A DNA stretch of 64,000 nt, from contig CAVXJH010000003.1 in the NCBI GenBank assembly GCA_963762115.1, positions 256,001 to 320,000 on the forward strand. The letters are read 5' to 3'. The notes under the pieces are model-generated. The model ran no database searches. It had not been told where the DNA came from and saw nothing but the letters and a program-made list of their open reading frames with translations. The position numbers and the translations under genes were made by a program. This DNA comes from Candidatus Babeliales bacterium (GTDB lineage: Bacteria > Babelota > Babeliae > Babelales > JANWKD01). Positions 40,292 through 49,827 of this stretch are shown piece after piece. How positions within the stretch are numbered: position 1 is the stretch's first letter; each line of letters opens with the position of its first letter.

Positions 40292-41668
40292 ATGGAACAT
40301 CATTTTATGGCAGACAACGTCGGTTATCAATCAAAAACGTGGCATTCAACATCGCCTCACAAAAGCCTTGAAGAAGTTCATAAATCAATAACCATTAACA
40401 AAAACGCTTCATTTTTTAAAAAACTATTAGCATTCACGGGACCAGGTTATCTCGTTGCGGTGGGTTATATGGATCCTGGCAATTGGGCAACCGATTTGGC
40501 CGGTGGATCAAAATTTGCTTATTCATTGTTATCAGTCATTTTAATGTCAAATTGCATGGCAATTATTTTGCAATATTTGGCACTCAAATTGGGAATTGTC
40601 ACCGGACGCGATCTCGCGCAAGCATGTCGTGATCATTATTCTCGTCCACTCTCAATTTTCTTATGGATTTTAGCTGAAATAGCAATTATCGCGTGTGATC
40701 TTGCTGAAATTATTGGCTCAGCACTTGCATTAAATCTTCTCTTCAACATACCTCTTGTTGCAGGTGTCACGGTAACTGCATTAGATGTTTTCTTGTTATT
40801 ACTGCTACAACATCGCAGTTTTCGTTACTTAGAATGCATTGTTATCATATTGATTTTTACCATTTTAAGCTGCTTTGCAATCAATATCTTTTTATCATCA
40901 CCTTGTTTATCCGAGCTAATGCTTGGTTTCATACCAACAACACAACTCATTACTGACCCTGAAATGCTGTATATTGCCGTGGGAATTTTGGGCGCAACGG
41001 TCATGCCTCATAATCTTTACTTACATTCTTCAGTTGTTCAAACACGTTCATATGAAGAAAATGATGGAGCAAAAAAAGAGGCTATTTTTTTTAGCACAAT
41101 TGATTCAACCGTTGCTCTCTGTTTAGCTTTTTTAGTAAATGCAGGAATACTCATTGTTGCTGCAGCTGTTTTTCACACGCGAGGCATGCATGAAATTGCC
41201 GAAATTCAAGATGCTTATCAATTATTAACCCCTCTTCTAGGCACACAAACGGCAAGCATCGTTTTTGCCCTCGCCTTATTAGCTTCCGGACAAAATGCTA
41301 CCATAACGGGCACTTTAGCTGGTCAAATTATCATGGAAGGGTTTACCAAAATTCATATGCACCCTTGGCTGAGAAGATTCATCAGCAGAAGCTTGGCAAT
41401 CGTACCTGCCATCATTGTTGTTTGGTATTTTGGACAAAATGGCTTAGCACAATTACTACTTTTTAGCCAAGTCATTTTAAGTTTACAACTACCCTTTGCT
41501 GTTTTTCCTTTAGTAAAATTCACCAGCCAATCTGATAAAATGGGCATTTTTGCCAATTCAACCCTATTATATATAACTGCTTATTGCATTGCTTTTATCA
41601 TTGCTGCTTTAAATATATGGTTATTGTATAGCACATGCATTATTTTTCTCCCTCAATTATTGCAATAA
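40292..41668 (+). CDS. mntH: Nramp divalent metal (Mn2+) transporter
   Basis: GYMDPGNW, GATVMPHNLYLHSS, QVILSLQLPFA. Confidence 0.96.
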   Translation: MEHHFMADNVGYQSKTWHSTSPHKSLEEVHKSITINKNASFFKKLLAFTGPGYLVAVGYMDPGNWATDLAGGSKFAYSLLSVILMSNCMAIILQYLALKLGIVTGRDLAQACRDHYSRPLSIFLWILAEIAIIACDLAEIIGSALALNLLFNIPLVAGVTVTALDVFLLLLLQHRSFRYLECIVIILIFTILSCFAINIFLSSPCLSELMLGFIPTTQLITDPEMLYIAVGILGATVMPHNLYLHSSVVQTRSYEENDGAKKEAIFFSTIDSTVALCLAFLVNAGILIVAAAVFHTRGMHEIAEIQDAYQLLTPLLGTQTASIVFALALLASGQNATITGTLAGQIIMEGFTKIHMHPWLRRFISRSLAIVPAIIVVWYFGQNGLAQLLLFSQVILSLQLPFAVFPLVKFTSQSDKMGIFANSTLLYITAYCIAFIIAALNIWLLYSTCIIFLPQLLQ

Positions 41669-41753
41669 ATAAACCCCACCTTAGGCTTTAGACCAAAGAT
41701 GAGGTTTATTTAATCAAAATAATGGATCTTACAAAAAAATTATTATGAATATA

Positions 41754-42170
41754 TCAAAGACAAGCTAAACACGCAGCATAAACAATAGACATTACTGCAT
41801 AATTCTTCGATGTACTCGGATTTTGTTTTAATTCTTCATTTAATAGTTGTTGGAATAAATTAAACGTATTTTTTAAAGCATCATCTTTTAAAAATTGAGC
41901 TATATCCGCACCAATCTCTGCTAAAATTTCCTTAGCTTGCGGTGTATTTACAAAATTTGGATCAATAACACATTGATCGGCAAGTGTTTTACAACTTTGC
42001 AAATACTGCTGAAACAATGCAAGCTCGGAACTGGTAAGATTAACTGATGCGCACCAAGCATTAATTTTTGCATAATCAATAATAGGATCACTTGCTTGCA
42101 TTTTCATATGCATAGAAAACACAACGAGTGAAATGTATAATAAACGCTTCATAACAATATTCTCCTTCAT
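41754..42170 (-). CDS. Small secreted hypothetical protein
   Basis: Signal peptide MKRLLYISLVVFSMHMKMQA; helical; 4 Cys. Confidence 0.65.
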   Translation of the reverse strand: MKENIVMKRLLYISLVVFSMHMKMQASDPIIDYAKINAWCASVNLTSSELALFQQYLQSCKTLADQCVIDPNFVNTPQAKEILAEIGADIAQFLKDDALKNTFNLFQQLLNEELKQNPSTSKNYAVMSIVYAACLACL

Positions 42171-42183
42171 TTGAATAACGATT

Positions 42184-43011
42184 CTACCAATTCAAATCTT
42201 TTTCATACCCTAAATCAATTAAAAGCTGCCCTGCAACTTTTTTAAAGGCAACCTTATGTTTTTCCAGAAAATATTCTTTCCAAGAACCTATTTTACCCTC
42301 CCGAAAAGTTAATGTTCCACCAAATAACAAATTAGCAATAACCTTTGCTTCAGATAATGATAAGTTTTTACCAATATGAAAAGCTATATTAATTATCTCG
42401 TTAAGCTGCACTTCATCACTACCACCACCTTTAGCACCTATCAATTTTTCAAAAGAGGTAACATATACATTGGGTTCAAATCGCCAAGGCAAATAAAGAT
42501 TATAAAATGAAGTTATATTTTCTAGATTTTTCCAAGGCTCATCAGACAAAAATATTGTTGACCAAATAGAACTACCACCAGAAATTAATTCATCAATAAG
42601 CTCTTCTATACTCCATTCACTTTCCGAAACTCGTGGTATTGTTTTTATCCAAAAAGCTGCTGAAACAATTTGATCTCGAGGATCCCTATAAATAAATATC
42701 TTTTTTATAGAATCATCTGCTAATTTACTACTATTTTCATTATTATAAATTGCATGTGATAATAATATAAGTCGTTGATTTTTAATAAAACTATTAATTA
42801 TTTCTTCATCTAACAAAAAAAACCGCCTACGACCGGTAACACCAATAAAATCATCCGTAGCAAGTATTAATTTTAACAAAAGATGCGTGCCACATTTTGG
42901 CATTGAAACCAATGCAACATGATTTGAAGTGGTATATGAAAAAAAACATGTATTAATAACTATAAAAAAAGTAGCAATTAATATTTTTTTTAAATTTTTC
43001 ATACATTTCAT
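42184..43011 (-). CDS. PAPS-dependent sulfotransferase with N-terminal signal/anchor
   Basis: 5'-PSB loop SMPKCGTHLL, 3'-PB YRDPRDQIVS, C-terminal FREGKIGSWKEYF. Confidence 0.88.
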   Translation of the reverse strand: MKCMKNLKKILIATFFIVINTCFFSYTTSNHVALVSMPKCGTHLLLKLILATDDFIGVTGRRRFFLLDEEIINSFIKNQRLILLSHAIYNNENSSKLADDSIKKIFIYRDPRDQIVSAAFWIKTIPRVSESEWSIEELIDELISGGSSIWSTIFLSDEPWKNLENITSFYNLYLPWRFEPNVYVTSFEKLIGAKGGGSDEVQLNEIINIAFHIGKNLSLSEAKVIANLLFGGTLTFREGKIGSWKEYFLEKHKVAFKKVAGQLLIDLGYEKDLNW

Positions 43012-43046
43012 CTTAGTATATCACCATGCTAAACATTAAAAACTAT

Positions 43047-43072
43047 AGGTAGAAGGCATATGCCTTCTACCT
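43047..43072 (-). terminator. Perfect 26-bp palindrome, likely terminator of the Cys-rich cluster
   Basis: AGGTAGAAGGCATATGCCTTCTACCT, followed by ATAGTTTTT on the minus strand. Confidence 0.65.
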
Positions 43073-43116
43073 CAATCAAAAAAATTATTGCATTATTAAC
43101 ACTATTGCTATTCTTA

Positions 43117-43992
43117 TTAACATGGGCCAATCGGAAATATAGTCTTTAAAACACAGTTACTATTTCCAGCAAGACCATTTAAGTTTGCTAATGGACCCTC
43201 TAAAAAGCTAAGTTCCTGACTAATAGTTACAAGTAAGTCTGTCATAGTAGCACAACAGATAGCAAGCTGACTTCCAGCTAAATTAAAACAACTACCAATA
43301 AGTATCTCCAAATTTATTAATTCATTTAAATAATTATTTAAACCAACATTAATACTAAATCCGTTATACAAAATACTATAAGTACTATTAAAACCAACAC
43401 TTAATACTGAAAAAGTACCATTAAAATCATTTACAATACTATTACAACATGCAGTAAGTGTATTTTTTATATCAAATAATGTTGTAAAGGTACTATTAAA
43501 TCCAACAGTATTAGCGTTACAACAACTTACAACCAATGAATGTACTTTTTCATGTAAAAAATTAGCGACTGCAGACAAATCACAATGCATATTTTCCGCC
43601 CAAGGCTGACCTATATTAATACGCAATGCTTCCGATTGCGCTTTTTCTAGGGCATGTTCTAAATCGGGAAAAGCACTTATGAGATCCTCCGTTAAAAATA
43701 CATTCTTATCATAAATTATGTTTTCATAGCATTGTAATAACCCAGGAGATAACTTATGTACTACACCCTCTTGCAATGCATTTTCAACAACCGCTACTAC
43801 AAACAATTTAAAGTGTTGATCATCAATTACAACAGATAATGGTGCCAGATTTTCTATATATTCATCCTGCGTAATACAACTCACATTCTCTTCCTGTTTA
43901 TTTTGCTCATGAAAAATTTCGCTTGCACCTAAATTCATCACAAAGCTCATATAAAAAATTAAAAACAACCTCAAGCTATTCGTTACCTGCAT
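43117..43992 (-). CDS. Secreted Cys-Cys/FNxTF-repeat protein, paralog 4
   Basis: Signal peptide, LL.CYE domain, CDL, CC pairs, FNSTF/FNGTF repeats, ends FPIGPC. Confidence 0.8.
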   Translation of the reverse strand: MQVTNSLRLFLIFYMSFVMNLGASEIFHEQNKQEENVSCITQDEYIENLAPLSVVIDDQHFKLFVVAVVENALQEGVVHKLSPGLLQCYENIIYDKNVFLTEDLISAFPDLEHALEKAQSEALRINIGQPWAENMHCDLSAVANFLHEKVHSLVVSCCNANTVGFNSTFTTLFDIKNTLTACCNSIVNDFNGTFSVLSVGFNSTYSILYNGFSINVGLNNYLNELINLEILIGSCFNLAGSQLAICCATMTDLLVTISQELSFLEGPLANLNGLAGNSNCVLKTIFPIGPC

Positions 43993-44044
43993 ATCTATAC
44001 TCCTTTTTTTATTATTTTATATCATAAATTTTCATTACCACGAA

Positions 44045-44905
44045 TTAGCAAGTTGTTAAGGGGAAATTAAAATTAAGTATACAATTAGTTTGAGCCTCAA
44101 TATTATGCAACTGACCTACTAATACGGTAGCGTTTGCAACAGAACTTTGAAAAGCACTTAGTATATTCGTAACTTGAGTACAACAGCTCTCGAGATCCGC
44201 TATAAAATTCTCACAAAAACAATTCGTAAAAGTGACTATCGCACTGTTACTATTAATTGCTTCAATTATAGTGAAGGTTCCATTAAAATTTACGTCTAAT
44301 AAAGAAAAAGTACTATTAAACCCAAAGTTTAAGGCCGAAAATGTTCCAGCAAATTCTGTTGCAACAAAGGCACAACAATCAGTTAAAGTATCTTCGAGAT
44401 CACCCAATGCAGTAAATGTCGCATTAAATGCAGCACTGTTGTTAGCACAACATTGAGAAAGCAATTCAAACAATTCTCTTACTAATCTATTAACCTCAGA
44501 GAGATCACATGTAGTTGGACCTACCATGCTTTCCATTAAACTTGGTCGTGGTGCTTTTGTTTCTAAAATAGTTAATCCATACATTAATTCAGGCAATATC
44601 TGCTTAATATGCTCCACCGAAAAGGTATTATCGCCTTGGCATACTTGCTCATAACAAGTAAGAAGATCATTTGAAAGGTTATATAAATAACCTTTTTCTA
44701 TCGCATCTTTTACCAATTCAATAACAAACAATTTGAAATGTGGACTGTCAATTGTTATTTCAATCAAATTACCCTTCTTTACTATCTCAGACTCTATCAC
44801 CAAATCTAATTCACGCAATGATTCGGAAAAAGTTTGCCCTTTCAAAAAAAACACACACGGTATTTGCATTATAAAAAATAGAGTAAAAAAATATTTTATA
44901 TTCAT
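44045..44905 (-). CDS. Secreted Cys-Cys/FNxTF-repeat protein, paralog 3
   Basis: Same architecture; KAPRP..VGP..CDL; ends FPLTTC. Confidence 0.8.
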   Translation of the reverse strand: MNIKYFFTLFFIMQIPCVFFLKGQTFSESLRELDLVIESEIVKKGNLIEITIDSPHFKLFVIELVKDAIEKGYLYNLSNDLLTCYEQVCQGDNTFSVEHIKQILPELMYGLTILETKAPRPSLMESMVGPTTCDLSEVNRLVRELFELLSQCCANNSAAFNATFTALGDLEDTLTDCCAFVATEFAGTFSALNFGFNSTFSLLDVNFNGTFTIIEAINSNSAIVTFTNCFCENFIADLESCCTQVTNILSAFQSSVANATVLVGQLHNIEAQTNCILNFNFPLTTC

Positions 44906-44928
44906 ATTCGTAGCTCCTTAAAAAAGTT

Positions 44929-45801
44929 CTAACAAGGTCCAATAGGAAAGCTTATTCTTGCAATACAATTACTAGCATCAATATATGGGTCTAATCGAAC
45001 TAATACATCATATACATTAGTTTGAAAATTGTTATAAAGAGCACTAGACGTTGCTATAAGCTGAGTACAACAATTATTAAGTTGTGTAGTTAAACTATTA
45101 CAGCAATTATTAATCGCGTTAACAAGGCTATTATTTCGCGTTTCAAGGTTGGTCAATACAGTAAATGTTCCATTAAACTCTAGAGTTAAATCAGGATACA
45201 AACCACTAAAAAAATGATTTATAACGGTAAATGTTCCATTAAATTCATTAGTTATATTGGCACAACATTCAATAATAGTGTTTTTTATATCTTCAATTAA
45301 AGTAAAAGTGGCCTCGAAAGAGACTTCATTCTGACTACAACAACTGAATAATAATGATGATATTTTCTTTATAAGTCTCTCAACCTCACTAAGATCGCAT
45401 GGCAAAGGACCTACAAGAGCATTATTAGAATCTGACATATTGGGACGTGGCGCTTTAAGCGAGATTAGTTTCAACCCAAAAATCAAGTCTGGAAGAGCGT
45501 CCTGCAAATCTTCGAGCTTAAATGTATTATTATGGTGACCAATTTGCTCATAACATTTCAGTAATCCATTAGAGACATTGCGCAATCTGCCGTTTTTCAG
45601 GGCATTTTTTATGAGCTTTTTCACTAATAATTCAAAATGAATATTTTCGATTGTCATATATCGCGCATCATCACATTCAAAAACCGTTATACCATCAACA
45701 TCATCTGACAATGGCCATGATTCTATATTATTCCCTGCATGTAAAAAATGTATACTTATGCAGCCAAATAATACGAACCCTATAATATGCCTTATTTTCA
45801 T
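44929..45801 (-). CDS. Secreted Cys-Cys/FNxTF-repeat protein, paralog 2
   Basis: Same architecture; ends FPIGPC. Confidence 0.8.
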   Translation of the reverse strand: MKIRHIIGFVLFGCISIHFLHAGNNIESWPLSDDVDGITVFECDDARYMTIENIHFELLVKKLIKNALKNGRLRNVSNGLLKCYEQIGHHNNTFKLEDLQDALPDLIFGLKLISLKAPRPNMSDSNNALVGPLPCDLSEVERLIKKISSLLFSCCSQNEVSFEATFTLIEDIKNTIIECCANITNEFNGTFTVINHFFSGLYPDLTLEFNGTFTVLTNLETRNNSLVNAINNCCNSLTTQLNNCCTQLIATSSALYNNFQTNVYDVLVRLDPYIDASNCIARISFPIGPC

Positions 45802-45846
45802 AAACTTCCTTTTTCTAAGACGTTACTAAAAATATCAACCCAAAAC

Positions 45847-46740
45847 CTAAAAACAAAACGAAAGTGTTGGACACCCAGTTGTGGGATATGCTATTGCAAG
45901 TATACAATATGATGAACATTCATAATTAAATGCCCTAGTAGCTAAATTTGCAAGAGGACTTATCAGTGGCCCCAGAGTAGCAAGATCATTTATAATGGTA
46001 GTGCAACAATTACCGAGTGAAGTGGCAAGATTATTACAACTACCACCAAGAACGTCAGTAACAATAGTAATTTCAAGGTTAATTGCTTGAGCAAGAGTAA
46101 ACGTAATATCAAATCCGGTCCTAAAAGTAGTATAAGTATTCGTAGACCCTTCAAGCAATACCGAAAAGGTAGCATTAAAATCATTAATAATATTAGCGCA
46201 ACACGCCGTTAAGGTTCCCTTTATATCATATAATGCCGTAAAAGTGCCATTAAAAGCGATTGATGATTCTTGACAACATACAAAGAGCAAGTTGTAAATT
46301 GAATTCAATAGTGCGTTAACGTCTGCAAGATCACAATCTAGAGGCCCAACAATAGGATGAACTTCTCCAGGACGTGGCGCTTTCTCTTGCATTTTTACCA
46401 ATTCAGGCATCAAATCTTCCCATGCTTCTTTCAAATCTTCTGCAGCAAATACACAATCATTTTTACAACTTTGCTCATAACATTTAAGTAAACCATTTGA
46501 AAACGTATGCACTCTTCCTTCCTCTAAAGCATTTTCAACCACAGAAATAATAAAATTTCTAAAGCATGGATTAACAATCTTAACTCCAACATCATAATTA
46601 AATTTTTGCACAACAATATCTTCAATATTAGAATATTGCTTCTCTTCATGCATATTAATTACATCAGAAATTTCTATACCACTAATCAATGATATATGAA
46701 CCACCGAATAAAAAATTATACCCGCAAGATTTCGCATCAC
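45847..46740 (-). CDS. Secreted Cys-Cys/FNxTF-repeat protein, paralog 1
   Basis: Same architecture; AAGGAG RBS; ends YPTTGCPTLSFCF. Confidence 0.8.
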   Translation of the reverse strand: MMRNLAGIIFYSVVHISLISGIEISDVINMHEEKQYSNIEDIVVQKFNYDVGVKIVNPCFRNFIISVVENALEEGRVHTFSNGLLKCYEQSCKNDCVFAAEDLKEAWEDLMPELVKMQEKAPRPGEVHPIVGPLDCDLADVNALLNSIYNLLFVCCQESSIAFNGTFTALYDIKGTLTACCANIINDFNATFSVLLEGSTNTYTTFRTGFDITFTLAQAINLEITIVTDVLGGSCNNLATSLGNCCTTIINDLATLGPLISPLANLATRAFNYECSSYCILAIAYPTTGCPTLSFCF

Positions 46741-46913
46741 TTACTCCTTTTTTTAAATGATTATTATTTCTTAGTTTAAGATAGTAAGAACTAATAAAAT
46801 TAAACAATAATTTTGTAAGAATATGTAAAAAAAGAGCGAATAACCGGTCCTAGATAACTAAAAAAAATCGTACTAAGCATTATGAAAAATCATCATTAAA
46901 AATTAAAAAAAAG

Positions 46914-47034
46914 CTTGACAAATTCTATTTGCACGATCTGGCTATTTTTAATATAAATTGTTGACTATTTGTAATTTATAGGTATACTGAGAATAAAGAA
47001 AGTTATAAAATACCTAAAAAAAGGGCTAAAACTT
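46914..47034 (+). promoter_or_regulatory. Duplicated upstream region, copy 1, with sigma70 promoter
   Basis: CTTGACAAATTCTATTTGCA box; TTGACT-16 nt-TATACT (46961-46988); repeated at 47978. Confidence 0.75.
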
Positions 47035-47892
47035 ATGAAATTTATAAAATTAAACCATATTGCACTGTTAACCATTTTTGTTGGTTCTTATTATTTCTTA
47101 TATTCACTTGGCACAACAAATAAAATTGCCCCTGTTATTCAAATTTCAAACAATGAAGTAATTAAGCCAAATCTTATTGAACGATTACATTTCAATCAAA
47201 TTTTAGAAAGTAACTCAAAGGAAACTATTATCGCTGAACTTGATAAGCAAGAAAACGAAATTTGGCAAAATCTAGAAAAAATTATTCATATTAATAAAGA
47301 AGAATGCAATAGACTAAAATCAAATGAGTGGGCAGAAACTTATTCAAAGACAGAAAAATCCTTAATTATGCAATATGAACACGTAAAAAAACTGTCAGAA
47401 AAGAATTATAACATTGCTTGTGAAGTGTTATCTGATTGTGGAATTAATCCGGAAACTATTACTATTACTTCATGGGATCATCCCTCAGCCGCAGCTGCAA
47501 CAGATAATGCATTATTTATTAATGAAGATATATTTTCTCCGTTATCACTATCAATTAAAAAATTTGCTCTTGCTCATGAAATAACTCATATGATTAAGAA
47601 AGATTATTCAACAAAATATATAATTGAAAAAATAAAAATCACCAATAAAATAGATTCTGATGAGCTAACTCACACACTTGCTTTATTAACACAATTTACC
47701 GAAGCAAGAGCTGATATCATAGCTACTTTGCGCAACTCAGAATATGCTCAAGGCCAAGTTCAGTTCATGATTAATCAATTAGAAACATTGGGAAACCCAG
47801 AATATAAAGAATACCCAACAAATAGTTTACGCCTTGAAATAGGCAAAAAAATTCTTGCTCTCCACACAACAAATCAACCCGTAGTAAGTTAA
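47035..47892 (+). CDS. M48-like Zn metallopeptidase, membrane-anchored
   Basis: AAA..N.LFIN, KFALAHEITH, EARAD, YPT...RL. Confidence 0.75.
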   Translation: MKFIKLNHIALLTIFVGSYYFLYSLGTTNKIAPVIQISNNEVIKPNLIERLHFNQILESNSKETIIAELDKQENEIWQNLEKIIHINKEECNRLKSNEWAETYSKTEKSLIMQYEHVKKLSEKNYNIACEVLSDCGINPETITITSWDHPSAAAATDNALFINEDIFSPLSLSIKKFALAHEITHMIKKDYSTKYIIEKIKITNKIDSDELTHTLALLTQFTEARADIIATLRNSEYAQGQVQFMINQLETLGNPEYKEYPTNSLRLEIGKKILALHTTNQPVVS

Positions 47893-47900
47893 CATTAAAT

Positions 47901-47937
47901 AAAAGCCTGAATAATAAAAAAACTATTCAGGCTTTTA
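47901..47937 (+). terminator. Terminator hairpin
   Basis: AAAAGCCTGAATA / TATTCAGGCTTTT. Confidence 0.7.
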
Positions 47938-47977
47938 GCCCTATTATTCTTTTTCCCTATCAAACCTGTAAATATAC

Positions 47978-48100
47978 CTTGACAAATTCTATTTGCATGA
48001 TCTAAAAAGCATTTAAAATAAATTATTGACTATTTGTATTTTATGGGTATACTGAGTATATAAAGTGAGAGAAAAAGTACCTAAAAAGGAGTAAAAACCT
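47978..48100 (+). promoter_or_regulatory. Duplicated upstream region, copy 2
   Basis: Same box; TTGACT-16 nt-TATACT (48026-48053); AAGGAG RBS. Confidence 0.75.
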
Positions 48101-48940
48101 ATGAATTTTAATAATAAGAATATCATATTAATTATAGCCGCAATCATTGGTATTGTACCTGCCATCATATTTAATACCAAAAACAGAACAACTGCAATAA
48201 CCCCGAATTTGATTGCAACTATTCAACTTGATAAACATATAACAAAAAACGATTATTACACTGACATTTCGCCTAATCAAAACAAAGGTGATAAAGAAGC
48301 GTATCTTGCTTGGTTAAAACAAGAAGAAGAAGCTCTTTGGAAAGACGTAACAACATTAACTAACGTTACCTTTGATGCATGTAAAACATTACGACAAGAA
48401 TTTCAAGAAGCACATGACAAAGAAACAGCAGAATTAAAACAACAATTAAGCCTTGGCAAAGAAGTTGCACCACATATTAGAGAAGTTATTGAAAGTGTTG
48501 TGCGCGATTTAGGATGTCAGCCGCTTGAAATTATTTCATGTGAATATCCTGTTGCCGCTGCAACACATGGCCCCGTTGTTTTTGTTAATGAAGAAATATT
48601 CAATACAATGTCGACTCTCGCACAAAAATTCGTTGTTGCCCATGAAATTATACATATTTTATTGCAAGATGACGAAACGCGCTTTGTATTCAAAAATAAA
48701 GGTTTTTTCACGAATGATTCATCACTCGATTATGCAATGAACAAATTATATCGCTTTCAAGAATTACGTGCCGACATGCTTGCAGCACTCACTAATACTG
48801 ATTATGCTCGCGGTTACAATGAATATGTTCACAATGCGTTATCACGAAGAGACGGCGAAGAAATCACCGAATTATTTTATCCAACCTACGCACTCAGACA
48901 AACAACAAGTGAAAAGATTGAACAGTTATTAGTTGTATAA
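48101..48940 (+). CDS. M48-like Zn metallopeptidase paralog
   Basis: KFVVAHEIIH, ELRAD, YPT. Confidence 0.75.
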   Translation: MNFNNKNIILIIAAIIGIVPAIIFNTKNRTTAITPNLIATIQLDKHITKNDYYTDISPNQNKGDKEAYLAWLKQEEEALWKDVTTLTNVTFDACKTLRQEFQEAHDKETAELKQQLSLGKEVAPHIREVIESVVRDLGCQPLEIISCEYPVAAATHGPVVFVNEEIFNTMSTLAQKFVVAHEIIHILLQDDETRFVFKNKGFFTNDSSLDYAMNKLYRFQELRADMLAALTNTDYARGYNEYVHNALSRRDGEEITELFYPTYALRQTTSEKIEQLLVV

Positions 48941-48958
48941 AAAACCAAGGATTATCTA

Positions 48959-49804
48959 ATGAAAAAAGTAAATAATAAAAAAATTATTGCCCTATTTATC
49001 ATATTAGCTTGCACGATGCTATTCACTGTTTGCTACAGAGCTCAACAAATTACCAACAACAAAGACAATAGCACAATTCAACCAAATTTAGTTGATCGCT
49101 TTAATTTTTCTGATTTTGTTGATTGCACTTCACCAAAAGAGTACTTAACAATAGTCGATAAAAAAGACAAAAGCATATGGCACGCAATAGAAAGCGCTCT
49201 TGGCATTACACAAGAACAATTTATAGCTATGAAAAATGAAGATGCATGGCAAGAAAAATATAATGCAGTAATGAATGACATGGCATCACATTATGCACAA
49301 GCAAAAGAAATTTCAAAAGAAAACTATCAACTTGCCACAGAAATACTTAGCTTATGCGGCTTGGATAATAAAAATATTAAGATTATTGCTTGGGATGGGC
49401 CAGCTCCGGCAGCTTCAACAGATACTCTTTTGCTCATTAACCAAGAACTTTTTGAGCCGTTATCTCTTGAAATTAAAAAGTTCATTATAGCTCATGAAAG
49501 CAGTCATATAATTAATAAAGATCATTCGACAAGTTGCATGCTTGAAGATTTCAACGAACTTCAAAAAGATAACTCAAAAACTTTATCAAAGGTAATGAAT
49601 GAATGTTCACATTTTTGTGAGGTTAGAGCTGATATCTTTGCTACATCACACGGAATAGAATTTGCACAAGGTCACGTTTTGTTTGCTGAGCATGAATTAA
49701 AATTACTCGGCAACATAGTGCATCCACATTATCCATCAAATGGCGAACGCCTTGAAATTGGCCAAAAATTATTAGCAATGATTAAACAAAACAATAAAGT
49801 ATAA
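48959..49804 (+). CDS. M48-like Zn metallopeptidase paralog
   Basis: KFIIAHESSH, EVRAD, HYPSNGERL. Confidence 0.75.
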   Translation: MKKVNNKKIIALFIILACTMLFTVCYRAQQITNNKDNSTIQPNLVDRFNFSDFVDCTSPKEYLTIVDKKDKSIWHAIESALGITQEQFIAMKNEDAWQEKYNAVMNDMASHYAQAKEISKENYQLATEILSLCGLDNKNIKIIAWDGPAPAASTDTLLLINQELFEPLSLEIKKFIIAHESSHIINKDHSTSCMLEDFNELQKDNSKTLSKVMNECSHFCEVRADIFATSHGIEFAQGHVLFAEHELKLLGNIVHPHYPSNGERLEIGQKLLAMIKQNNKV

Positions 49805-49827
49805 AAAATTAAATAAAAGGAAAAACA

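Noticed and set aside
43117..46740. RiPP precursors or a CRISPR-like DNA repeat array
   Set aside because: The proteins are about 290 aa with Sec-type signals and no recognised RiPP maturase nearby; the repeats are protein-level and degenerate in DNA
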